Source of the DNA: Octopus bimaculoides
Taxonomy: Eukaryota
DNA length: 44,235 nt
Reading direction: 5' to 3'
NCBI RefSeq assembly: GCF_001194135.2
Contig: NC_068982.1
Coordinates: forward strand, 28,405,255-28,449,489
Made by a program: the position numbers and the translations under genes
Notes under the pieces: generated by a model
The model's input: the letters and a program-made list of their open reading frames with translations, nothing else
The model's database searches: none
Told to the model about the DNA's origin: nothing
Part shown: positions 1 to 11,124 of the stretch, in pieces
Numbering within the stretch: position 1 is the first letter of the stretch
How the letters are laid out: every line of letters starts with the position of its first letter

Positions 1-76
1 CTATTATGGGTTTTTTTCTAGTTAATTTTAATTAATTTATGTTTATTTTCAGATCATTAAAATATAATGTCAAGAT

Positions 77-822
77 ATGAAAAACGAGCATTTTCGACAC
101 CTCCTTCTTTCTGCTTTTAATCAAGGTTCTAAGGCCGCAAAAGCTGCTCGCGACATTTGTACTGTGTATGGAGAGGGTGCCATAGCTGAAAGAACCGCTT
201 GTGATCGCCAAGTTCAAAAATTGGAAATTTTGATCTCAAAGACGCACCTCGTTCTGGCCGTCCAGTTGAGTTCGATGAAGAACGATTAAACCAGATTTTG
301 CACGAAAATTCTCGTCAAACGACAAGGGAGCTGGCAGAGAAAATGGAATGCTCCCACACTACTATAGAGAAGCATTTTCACTTGGTGGAAAAAGTTCAGA
401 AGTATGGAGCATGGGTTCCGCATTCTTTAGGTGACAACAACAAAAATCAACGACCCACAATCTCCATTGGTTTGCTTGCTCGTCACCGCTCAACTCATGG
501 ACACAAGCAACGATTTCTTTATTGAATCGTTACTGGCGATGAAAAATGGTACCTGTACGTCAATATGAAGCAGCGTAAGGAATGACTTAGCCCCGGTAAA
601 CAAGCGACACCGCGCGTGAAACAAGATCTTCATCCATGTAAAACGATGTTGTGCGTATGGTAGGACTGGAAAGGGATATCCATTACGAATTGCTTGAACG
701 GATCCAAACGGTCAACGCGGAACTCTATGTTCAACAGATGGAATGACGCAACACGGCTATTCAAGAGAAAAGACCTAATCGTCAGCATGGAGTCCTTCTG
801 CTGCACGACAACGTCCGCCCTC
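77..822 (+). mobile_element. Mariner (D,D34D-type) transposase pseudogene, runs into N-gap
   Basis: Frameshifted ORFs read MKNEHFRHLLL..., HENSRQTTRELAEKMECSHTT (HTH), YGAWVPH, TGDEKW (about 532-549), LHP.KTMLCVW.DW.G and HDNVRP (804-821). These are canonical mariner motifs, with internal stops. Confidence 0.95.
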
Positions 823-2125
823 NNNNNNNNNNNNNNNNNNNNNNNNNNNNNNNNNNNNNNNNNNNNNNNNNNNNNNNNNNNNNNNNNNNNNNNNNNNNNN
901 NNNNNNNNNNNNNNNNNNNNNNGCGGGTGCGAGATATGTTGACAATGAGGTTTGAGACGGTGGGGAGAGGAGGAAGACGGGAGGATGAGATGAGGTCATG
1001 CATAGTGGAGGACACAGTCTGTTGATAGCTGGGCATGGGGTTGGAGCGCAGAGGACAGTAGAAGGAGGTGTCTTGAAGTTGGCGGAGAGCTTCCGCCTTG
1101 TAGAGGCCCGCGCGCCACACCAACACGGCTCCTTCCTTGTCGGTCGGTTTTATGATGATGTCCGTGCGGCGTCGGAGACATCGATGGGCCGAGAGTTCGG
1201 CCGGAGAGATATTCAAATGTCGGGAACGCTTAGAATATTTAAACCGGTCCACAGCGCGCTGGTAGGCGCCCGCATAAAAATCGACTGGCGTCTACTGGGA
1301 TGGTCGGCGGCCCAGGTCGGTGAAGCAGTCCTCCTTAGATGCAGGTGGAGTGTCGTGGAAAAGCTCTGGATATCGGTACGAGTGCAAAATTCGTTGCTGG
1401 ATGGAGTGAGGGGAGAAGCACAGACCCCTACTGAGGAGGGAGCGCTCCGCCTCAGAGAGGGGAAGATCAGGAGGAATGGTAACAACAGACTAAAGTGGAG
1501 AAGGAGTGGATGGAATAGAAGTAGGAGGGGTGGTGGGGTGATGGAAGGCTGAGAGGGAGGGGTGAGGGGTATGCGAATGCGAGGTTGGGAGAGACGGGGG
1601 TTTGGTGAGAGTTGGGGAGCGTATCAGGGAGGGAGAGGGGTAAGGAGGAGTTGGGGTAGTGGCATCGGGTGTGATGGAATGGAAGAGTGAGTGGAGTTTA
1701 CGTTGTTTGGTGTGAGCGAGAAACTGATGAAAGACATGATTTAAATGAATTATGTAACGTAAAGTAATGTTACCATGGGAGAACGACTGAGAGGAGGAGA
1801 AGATGGAAAAAGCAAGAGGGGAGAGGCTGTCGATGGTGTGTATTTTAGAGCGATTAGAACGAATGGTGGCGCGCATAAGGCGGTAGGATGTAATACGGAG
1901 TATGGGTAGGATGGTTAAAGCAGAGTGGAGGGTGGAGTGGAAATGGAGGCGGAAACTTTTAGGGATGAGGTGGTAATGAAGGCAGCGACTGAGAAAGGAA
2001 ACGTGGCTAGAAATGCGTGTTTTTTTAAAAATCAGTATGGAAAGGTTAATAAAAGATTGAAAGCAGCGGAAAGGAAGTGTGGAAAGGTGATTTTTAGGCG
2101 GTGGTGAAGGTGGGGGAGGAAAGAT

Positions 2126-2437
2126 TTGTTATCGGGCATGATTGAAAAACGAGAAGAAAAGAGAAAGAAAGAAGAAAAAAGAAAAACAGGGAGAGAGAAA
2201 GGCAAAGAAAGACGTGAGGAGGAAAATTCAAAAGGTGTGGGGAGAAAAAAGGCAAAAAGCGTAGGGAGAAAAAGTACAAAAGACGTGAGGAGAAAAATAC
2301 AAAAGGTGGGAGGAGAAGAAAAAATAAAAACAGGGAAAGAAAGAAAGAGGAAGAAGGAAGAAACAAAGAGAAGAGGAAAGAAAAGGAGAAGAGAAGACAA
2401 AAGGGAAAAGAAAGGGAAGGAGAGAGAGGCAAGGTAA
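2126..2437. repeat. Purine-rich (GAAA/GA) low-complexity tract interrupting the PLE ORF
   Basis: Almost pure A/G sequence; it accounts for the spurious K/E/R-rich and F/L/S-rich ORFs here. Confidence 0.9.
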
Positions 2438-2813
2438 CAAATGCGGATTGAGAGAAACGACAGTAAGAAAAAGCAGAAAGTACAAAAAAGCTTTAGAAAA
2501 GTTCAAAAGGTTCAAACGTCGTGATGCATTGGAGCGATTTCTCATCAACGGAAGAGTCCAGCGTAATCCATGAGTAGGAGAGGTGCAGCCGAAGTGTAGG
2601 AGTCCGAGTGTAGAAGCGTAGAAAGTCCAGGTAGAGAATCCAGGTAGAATAGTCCCAGAAAAATTCGAAGTGTTATGAGGTGGAGACAGGATAAAACTGG
2701 TGAGACCACGTGAGCGTGTAATATATAGTGAGAATTTACAAAAACAAAAGACGAGGACGGGTGTGTAAACAACAAACAGATTTATTAGTTTAACGCTCGG
2801 GAAGTGAGACAGT

Positions 2814-2849
2814 CTTTTACGTTTCGAGCCTCCTCTCTTCGACAGAAAG
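2814..2849 (-). ncRNA. Minimal type I hammerhead ribozyme-like motif in PLE terminal repeat
   Basis: Minus strand: CUUU-CUGUCGA-A-GAG(aggagg)CUC-GAAAC-GUA-AAAG. Stem I is CUUU/AAAG, stem II is GAG/CUC, helix III is palindromic ACGU. The core has U at conserved A6. Minimal hammerheads in PLEs are established. Confidence 0.55.
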
Positions 2850-3039
2850 GAACACAGAAATAAACAGGGAGAGAAAATAAAAAAAGATTTAGTGACTGGC
2901 GATCTATCATGGCAAATGCCGAACAGAGGGGTCACAGGAGAGCTAGGAAGAAAGGGAGATAATAAAGTAGTGGTGATCCCAAAACGAAGGTGCACGTGCG
3001 TGTGTATGTGCGTGCGGAAGGGGGATAGTGACCTTGACT

Positions 3040-3310
3040 TGTGTGTGTGTGTGTGTGTGTGAATAATGGTGTGGGTGCTGGGAAGTAATCAGTGCTAGTG
3101 TGTGCGCTGGTGTGGATGCTGGGAAGTGGTCAGTGCTAGTGTGCACGGGGTGGTTTGATGTGGTGTGGTATGGTCTGTAGTGTGGTGGTGTGTGGCGTGG
3201 TGTGGTATTGGGGTGTGGGGGAGGTGAGAGTGGGGGAAGCGAGGGTGGGGTGTAAGGGATGGGTGTAAGGGATGGGGTGTAAGGGATGGGGTGGTGATGG
3301 GATGTATAGT
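3040..3310. repeat. (GT)n and G-rich degenerate repeat including GGGTGTAAGGGAT x3
   Basis: Seen directly. Confidence 0.85.
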
Positions 3311-3455
3311 GATTGTGATATATATATAAAGACAACCAACCTAAATATTGGTTAAGAAGCCAGCACATAAGTTTGAATATGCGCTCCGACTTTTTCACAC
3401 TCGAGACTGGTGCATTCAAAACTGTCTGTGAAGATTTTGTCGGGCACCCAAGCCA

Positions 3456-3667
3456 TAAAGGACCTTGCGTCTTGTGGAAATTTTGAGGAGAGGGGTCTAG
3501 TCGATTAAATTGACCATAGTACTTGACTGGTACTTATTTTATCGACTCCGAAAGGGTGAAAAGCAAAACCGACCTCAGTGGAATTTGATTTCAGAACGAA
3601 AGGACGGGCGAGATGTCGCTAAGTATTTTGCCCGGCGTGTTAACGATTCTGCCAGTTCGCCGCCTTA
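3456..3667 (-). mobile_element. tRNA-derived SINE, family A
   Basis: Reverse complement of the head ggcggcgaactggcagaatcgttaacacgccgggcaaaat...ttctgaaatcaaattcc with A/B-box-like motifs; body matches the copy at 15092. Confidence 0.85.
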
Positions 3668-3680
3668 TTCAGTATAATAT

Positions 3681-3899
3681 ATTGGTTGCACACTTTGGTA
3701 CATGGCCAGAAGTTTAGGGGGATGAGGTAAGTCGATTACATCGACCCCATTTCTGAAGTGATACTTATTTAAATGTACACTGAAAGGAGGAAAGGCAAAG
3801 TCGGCCCTCGATGGAATTTAATCTCAGAACAAAAAGATGGACGAAATGCCGCAAAGCATTTTACCCTGCACGGTAACGACTCTGCCAGCTCGCCGCTTT
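3681..3899 (-). mobile_element. tRNA-derived SINE, family A
   Basis: Second copy directly adjacent, same orientation. Confidence 0.85.
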
Positions 3900-4718
3900 C
3901 TTTTCAGTATTACATATTAGCATCTACGCAGATAAGAAATATGTATACCTGTAGGGATCTCTTCCACTTCGAAACTGTTATTGACAATCACCGATTCACA
4001 TAGTTCGAATAAAGTTTATAGCTAGACTCACAAAATGTATAGTTATAATAATTTTGTCAAGTATATTCTGCAGCTTGTAAAAAATAAATTGAATCTCTTA
4101 GCTTTATGAAAACTATTTACGTTATATATATGAGATTTTCATATAAGATTTTTTCATGTTATATAGGATGTATTTCCGATAATTCATCGAAATTGGAATG
4201 ATATATGTTAGCTAACATTCTAAAAAATAAAAGAATAATTCTTTATTGTTGTTATACCAAACTCCAATTCATTTTTAGCTGACATGAGCTTAGGTTTATG
4301 TGAATTATGTAAGGAAAAAATTTCCCAGTAGAGATGTAATTTTTTCTCATATTTCATCAGAATCTAATGCTCAATATATTAAATATCCTCTTTCGTTGTT
4401 AAAGCTACTGCGACAACCATTATTGGTTAGAATACAAGTTGTTTCTTTTAACAATATATAAAGCCTAAACATATACATCTGGAGATTGGATGATACACTT
4501 AAACCGGATATATTCCCAATAATGCGCAGTAAGTGATATTTTTAGGAAAATAGTTTTTGGCCAATCATGAAAACTTTTACACTTCTCTTTTCTTTTCACA
4601 ATTCATATACTATATTAGAATGTGTATTATCGACTGGTATGAGGATGTGTATGTTTAACCATATATATGTATTCACATAAACTTGTGAATGTATCTCTGT
4701 GTATATTATGTGTGTGTA

Positions 4719-4774
<56 letters not shown>
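4719..4774. repeat. (TCTA)n microsatellite
   Basis: Seen directly. Confidence 0.95.
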
Positions 4775-4775
<1 letters not shown>

Positions 4776-4776
4776 G

Positions 4777-6060
4777 TTGGGGGCAGACTAGGCTCCTGTT
4801 TTGAAACGAAGCCGTGATTAGGACAACCAGTACAGGAGAATAAAACTGAATTCAAATTGACTTACCACTGTTGGCTTGCAGTATCCTTTTGAGGAAAAGC
4901 CTAGGGAAGGTACTCCGATATAAAGCTTGCAGTCAACTTAGTGCTAGCCATCTTGCTTTGCTTGTCATTAGAATCTACTATTTTGACCCAGAGAGTGGCA
5001 AAAGTATTGTACAAGCATTTGTCACTGAAATCCAATGAAGTACAGATGCTCCCGAGAAAATACCATTACCGTACAATCATCACTTTTCAAAAGTCCTTCG
5101 GCGATAGAGGCGTGGTGACGTATGAAGGCTTGACTGGTTAGAAGCATACAGTTACAAATCTGCATATAAGGCGCTAACATGTTTTCATGGACAGGAACTG
5201 TTTTCGGTGGAGAATCCTATGTCTGAGCAGGCCTTTTAAAAAGACCACTGCTCACCTGGATATACTGAGATGGTGCTAGAAACGGTGCATTAAAAATTGT
5301 CTGTCTTTTCTCTGCTGGTTAGTTTTCTGCGGTTAACCGTGGTTCAATTTAGCAGGAATGAACAAAGAATTAACATAAAGAATGATAACAAGTATGCAAG
5401 AAATAAGGTTTCTCTTAACCTGGCCTGTTGGAATGTGAGAACTATTTTAGATCGAGTAGACAGGCCTGAAAGAACAGCTCTAGTAACTAAGGAGCTAAGG
5501 TGTCTTAATGTTGACATTGCAGCTCTTTCAGATGAAGGCCATCTCGTTTAAAGAGCAGCAGGTTTCACATTATTCTGGGTTGGGAAGCCGAAGGGAGAGA
5601 AAAGGGGAGGTGGTGTTAGGTTTGCAATTTGCTAAAAGCCCTAGAACAACAACAAAGCATAAACAAACGCATAATGAAACTCTGGATTCCTCTTTCTTGT
5701 GGACGTTTTGTAACTGTTTTCTCTATGCTCCTACACTTTCAGCTAGTGAGGAAAATATCCATGCATTTTATGAGGAACTTAGAAGTATTCTGTCTGTACC
5801 TTTGAATGAGAAGTTGGTTGTGTTTGGTGATTTTAATGTACGTGTTGTTAGAGACTGGATTCACCCAAGATCAAAGCAAGGTCACATGATTGACTTCGTA
5901 TTAACTCGGAAAGCTGGCTTACAAGATTTGTGCAGTCTCAGAGTATTGCGAAGTACTGATTGTAATACTGATCACAAAATGGTTAGGGCCAAGTTCAAGT
6001 TAGGAATCAAATGCTCGCTCATCAATCATCTGGTGTGGAAGGGATTTAACCGCTGGTTTT
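4777..6060 (+). mobile_element. RTE-clade LINE, 5' region and APE endonuclease remnant
   Basis: LNLACWNVRTILDRVDRPERTALVTKELRCLNVDIAALS, FYEELRSIL, VFGDFNVRV, HPRSKQGHMIDFVLTRK and TDCNTDHKMVRAK are RTE/BovB-type AP-endonuclease motifs; frameshifts and deletions present. Confidence 0.88.
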
Positions 6061-6309
6061 GACAAGCAACAAGCGGGTGGATTTGGTTTCAAATCTAAGG
6101 CAGGGTGAAGCGAGGTCTCTACATATTTTAACTTTTTCAGTACCACTTTCATGGTTTCGTAAATTTCTTTTTGACGTATCAAATGTCCAACCAGTACAAA
6201 AAAAACAAAAATCGAAATCTTTATAAGAAGCCTTCATAAGAAGGAATTCATCTGTCTTATCACTTTTTTCAGTTAATATTCGTCACTTGATGCTTGCTTT
6301 GTCTTAACA

Positions 6310-6520
6310 GCTTATGGAAGAATCATTAGCTCATTGGACAAAATGCTTTCCGACACTTCTTCCGACCCTTTACATTCTGAGTTCAGATTCTACCGAAATT
6401 AACTTTGTCTTTCATCCATTCGAGATCGATAAAATAAGTACCAGTCAAGTACTGGTGCCGACGTAATCGATTTTCCCCTCCCTACAAATCGCTGGTCCTG
6501 TGCCAAAATTAAGAATTATT
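6310..6520 (+). mobile_element. SINE family A, diverged
   Basis: acattctgagttcagattc...ataagtaccagtcaagtactgg...tgtgccaaaattaagaattatta. Confidence 0.8.
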
Positions 6521-7204
6521 AGCCTATCAGAGTACAGTCTTGTTCTTTGATTCTCTCACTGTCATAAGAATGATGCAGTTGTGACGTAAAAGCAATGTAT
6601 GAAATTAACTTGATTGCCATTAAAAAAAAATTGTAGAAACTATTTCAATTTTAAATAATCTGAGGGGTCTAAAGCTACGAATTAATATTGGTAACTTCGC
6701 ACTTTTGGCCTTTGGCCATTATTGATAGACATTGGCAAGTTAGACAAAACATAACACATTTAGAAACAGTGACCCCAAAACCAAAAGCTATCTTGACCTT
6801 TAAAAGAGCAAAATTGTTGCATACTAGTGTAATATGTTAAGTCGGGAAGAAACAGTTTTTGTCAGGAACTAAATCCGAGAAAGTTCTAAAAGATTGTTAC
6901 CGTATCATTTACTGACAGTGCCTTGTTTACAGAATAAAGCTGACATATGCTACAATTTTGACACAAGGCAGTTCAACCAAACAAGTGAAAAAGAAAAAAA
7001 GATGGTTATACGTGCCAGAATATGGCATATAAGATGAATGACGACTCTAACTGAAACCTTACTGTATAAAAATCTTTCATTTCTTGAGAACATGTGTCTA
7101 ATACATGATATTTGCAAAACAAAATATGTAGCTTCGATATCACCCCAAGGATATCATTCACATCCAGGACACTGGCCTACATAATTATGGAAATGTAAGG
7201 TTAA

Positions 7205-7335
7205 AAAAAAGGCGGTTTATTGGTAGAATTGTTAAAATGTCGGGTAGATTTCCTTTCCGTAATTGTTCTTGCCATCTGAGTTCAAAACATGCCGAGGTCA
7301 ACTTTACAACTTGTCCTTTCGGTGTTGATAAAGAA
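7205..7335 (+). mobile_element. SINE family A, 5' fragment
   Basis: ggcggtttattggtagaattgtt...ctgagttcaaaacatgccgaggtcaacttt. Confidence 0.65.
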
Positions 7336-7619
7336 GCATTCAGGCAGGTGAATTTGTAGAATTCTTAAAGTATCTGAGGTGCTAATGGTCAGACTTAATC
7401 ACCTGACTATAGTAGCACCTCGTTCAACCTGCACTCAGCCAGCGTGAGCAAGTTGTCCTAAATCTACCATGGTTACTGATGAATCTTCATCCAACTTGGA
7501 ATCAAAAACGGCAGGGCGGTGAAAATGTTATTAATAACGTCAATTATTTTGTAATTAAACGTAATTTTTTTTTGCTTAGAAATTAAAATTTCTGTAGAAG
7601 AAACGAAAGGAAGTTAGGT

Positions 7620-8308
7620 GCTCGGAAGGAAGTTGGGCTTGGTAGATAGGTAGTAACAGATCTGAAGAAATATTTAACACGAGGTATGTTGGTTCTGGAT
7701 TTTGATTGCTTAAGCAGCGGTAGCCGAGGAAGGAGACGGCGAAGAAGAAGAAAAAGAAGTTGGAAAGAGAAAGAAAAAGATGGGAGTGTTATATCAGTAG
7801 TAGACAGTTGCTAGAGTCTTCTTAAATGGTCAAGTGACCAAAAATGACCTGTTGTGGTTATAGCAGTAGTGATTGGAATTGTTCTGAATAAATTCATGGG
7901 TAGCGACTGCTCTGAATATATCGTTTTTTTTTAATATTTGCGTTGGCATTATTCTAAGGCCTTTGTAGTAGTGTAATCTATGGTGAAAACATTCAAAATG
8001 GGTTTATATTTTGCGATAACGAGACTCTTTGCTAATGCCCTGATTATAGGCTGTATCGTCCCTGAATTTATAAAGGGGGAACATCCTGAAGTTGGGTTTT
8101 CGTTAGTGGCGCAAATGTCAATGTGTTCGCTAAATGCTATATTTCTGTATTTCCGAATTTTAATCTGGTATCTATGTCGGGTTATCTTCTGGGGTAGACT
8201 GTTTTGGTTCAGCCTATGTATTGCTCTTGACACCCATAGCAAGTTAATATATATATTAGGTCTTCCGAAACATATGTGAAGTTGTTTTTCACTGTAAAAC
8301 GTTGACCT
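7620..8308 (-). mobile_element. Penelope-like element 3' fragment (GIY-YIG endonuclease plus 3' UTR)
   Basis: Minus frames give KGQRFTVKNNFTYVSEDLIYILTCYGCQEQYIG*T, then HRYQIK...SEHIDICA and KYKPILN, a PLE GIY-YIG domain and C-terminus. Confidence 0.75.
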
Positions 8309-8310
8309 TT

Positions 8311-9760
8311 CATCGTGGACAACACCTACTTCGCTTTCCAGGACCATATATACAAACAGACAACAGGTCTCCCCATGGGATCCAGTCTCTCGGACCTACT
8401 AGCTATCACTTATCTGAACCATCTGGAACGTCGAGCACTCAACATCTGCGCCTTCTTCACCAGGTACGTAGATGACATCCTCATACTCACAACCTCTTCT
8501 TCACGGAAGGTTGTGAGTATTAGGATGTCATCGTCAACGTTTTACAGGTCAACGTAAGGCTGAGAGAATATTCACGACGTTCAATAACATGAACATGAAC
8601 ATAAAGTTCACTATAGAACATCCCGACATCACTGGACCACTATCATTACTTGACTTCAAACTGAATATAACGGAAGAAGGGGAGATCCACACCGAGTTCT
8701 ACAGGAAAGCAGCCAGTAGAGATATGTTTGTCCAATACAATTCAGCACTTTCACTCGGTGCCAAAATAGAATACGCCAGAAATGCACTTGCACGCATCCA
8801 AGGCAAGTGCAGCAGAACGGAGGACAAGGTGACCCACACTACACGCTTCCTAGATATATTGAAAACCGACGGGTATCCTAGATCCATTGTAAATTGGCTT
8901 AAGTACCCATGACGACCAGCACGCCGAACACCTAGAAAACCCAGCAACACATGCTTCCTTAAAATACCCCATTTTAGCGAGAGGATAACTACAGCCATCC
9001 ATCCGAAGAGCCATAAGAAGAGAAGGGCTAGACATGCAACTAACTAGCCCACTCCAACCCCTCTCTGAGAGGACACCTCGCAAAGAAACGAATAAGGGAA
9101 ACAATCAATGCACATTAACAAATTGTCCCATCCGTGACAAGATTTATGCCAACGGGTAAATGTTGTGTATGTAACAATGTAACAAATGCAACAAGTTCTA
9201 TGTGGGTAGCACAACAAGACCGTTACACGTCTGCACCAAAGAACATCTGAACACGAGAGCCTCCTCCTACAGAAAACATCTAGACAGATGCCAGAACACT
9301 GACAAAAGCATAACAGTCACAATTGAGGCCATGAAAGAAATTTGGGTAATTTAAGAATTAAGGAAGCTATACTCATACACAGACTAGGACCCCAAATTAA
9401 CAACAGGCTGGAGGTTGGTAATCAATATATTATTTAGCTACATCTGGATGTGTGTAGGTTCATTCTTAATAACATACTCATGTATTGTTTATAACAAAAA
9501 AAAAAGAGGACAAAAAAAGGGGAAAAAAAGAGAAGCTGCATTGATAACACATAACTTAGAAGCAGTGCTACAGATGTACCAACACGCACAAGATTGAAAT
9601 ATAGCCGACCTCACGCACTTCTCATGAGGAATTCCGGAAAGAGCTTCGTGAGACCACTACTGAAAAAAAAAGCCGTTGGAAAACAGTTTATAGCAGAGAC
9701 TCCATCTAAGAATATCTGAAGAAGGAATTGTATTCCGAAATATCATCGGACTACAGATAA
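8311..9760 (+). mobile_element. Penelope-like element, 5'-truncated (RT C-half plus GIY-YIG plus 3' repeat)
   Basis: YKQTTGLPMGSSLS, FFTRYVDDI, IKFTIEH, LSLLDF, EFYRK, GYP, then NVVY..CNKCNKFYVGSTTRPLH..KEHL and KEAILIH...PQIN; stops and frameshifts. Confidence 0.92.
9716..9744 (+). ncRNA. Hammerhead ribozyme-like core at PLE 3' end
   Basis: CUGAAGA-A-GGAAU(UGU)AUUCC-GAAA-UAUC has an intact core and a perfect 5-bp stem II. Stem I pairing is weak (2 bp). Confidence 0.5.
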
Positions 9761-11054
9761 CTAAATTACAACAGGTATATAGTCCATTTTTTGTATTATA
9801 GTGCATTGTTGTANNNNNNNNNNTATATATATGAAATTAAAATTTATTATTTGTCTATTTCCATGTAAGTATATATATATTTGTCTTCTAACAATGTTAT
9901 TTTCTAGCTGGGAGACTGTATACCTATGAATGAATCCATTCATGCTGTCCTTCTTTTCTTACAGTTCTGGCCCTAATACTAAACACTCTTAAAACCATCT
10001 TTGGCCTTTTCGTTAAAACCTTTTCATTGGATAACATATTTTTTGACTATATTTCCTTTTAATTATTAATCGCCAAGAGTTCGAAATAAACGTGAAGCTC
10101 ATCTAATCACTCGCTTATCCTTCACTCCGATCCATGAATTCCTAAATAACCTTAGGACAGTGTTCTAACTCCATCTACTTTTTCATCTTCCTCTTACTCT
10201 TCTTTCAAATATATTGTATGGAAGTATAAACTCCTAATAGACGAAAAAAATTGACAAAACAAAACAAAACGAAACAAAACATCTAACAGTTTTAAAATAT
10301 TAATCATTATCCAGTCCCACCCACCAAAAAATCATAAGTACCATATTAAGTACCATAACACTTATGATGTTTACTTGATTTGGAATAAACACAATTACTA
10401 TTATTCTGATAAGCAACAGTACAGATTAAATTCAGCTTGGTTAAAACCTATACATATCCTTCTTATGATACGAATATAATATCCTACTTGAAGCGGATAT
10501 GCTCAAAAGAAAAAAAAAAGAAAAGAAGGCAAATAGAAATTCAATGCCTTGAATATTATTGGCTAATTCCAAGTAGCATCTTTGACACGAAATATGTAGA
10601 AACTTATTTCATATTCAACGAAGAAAAACCAGAAACCGTCATTGAAATGCTAAGTCGCCCACACCTATAGACACAGCGTAAGTATAGGTACATGCAAAAG
10701 TATACAATTTTAATACAAAGTTTGGATTTTTTATCTCTTCATGTTAGTTTTTGTCTGTCTATGTTCAGCATATTATTGTCTGTTACATCGTTTTAGTACC
10801 AAGAAGATATGATACATAGAATGTTTCTCTCTTAATATGGTTAGAGATCAATGAAAGGGTAACGAATAACACTTACGAGGCATTCTCTTACAAAATAGAA
10901 ACATGTTTTGTAATCGGAGTATGTGGCTACCCGCACGATGCCAATGTTGTTTGAAATATATAAGACAAACAGGATGGATGAATATTTTGTAACTAAGTCA
11001 TTACTGGAGTATGAAACTATGCAAAATACACTTTAAAAAACAACCTGACTTAAG

Positions 11055-11124
11055 TTGGTCGTTGGAGAAACCAACATAATCCACAAACCTTGGTCGTTGG
11101 AGAGACCAACATAATCCACAAACT
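11055..11124. repeat. 35-bp tandem duplication
   Basis: ttggtcgttggaga(a/g)accaacataatccacaaac(c/t) x2. Confidence 0.9.

Larger units (their letters stand above)
923..2860 (-). mobile_element. Penelope-like retroelement, 5' portion (terminal repeat plus N-terminal ORF), decayed
   Basis: Minus-strand frames give SHVSFLSRCLHYHLIPKSFRLHFH, HQFLAHTKQRKL, PLTPSSNEF and IIIKPTDKEGAVLVWRAGLYKAEALRQLQDTSFY, the typical PLE pre-RT motif (KPADKGGAVVVW...RQL.D..FY). Terminal repeat with hammerhead-like motif at 2720-2850. Confidence 0.85.

Noticed and set aside
998-1552. 184-aa plus-strand ORF
   Set aside because: It is the antisense shadow of the minus-strand PLE ORF.
2032-2995. K/R/E-rich and F/L/S-rich ORFs
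   Set aside because: They are by-products of the purine-rich low-complexity tract.
11055-11124. 35-bp repeats as a CRISPR array
   Set aside because: Only two abutting units with no spacer, in eukaryotic context.
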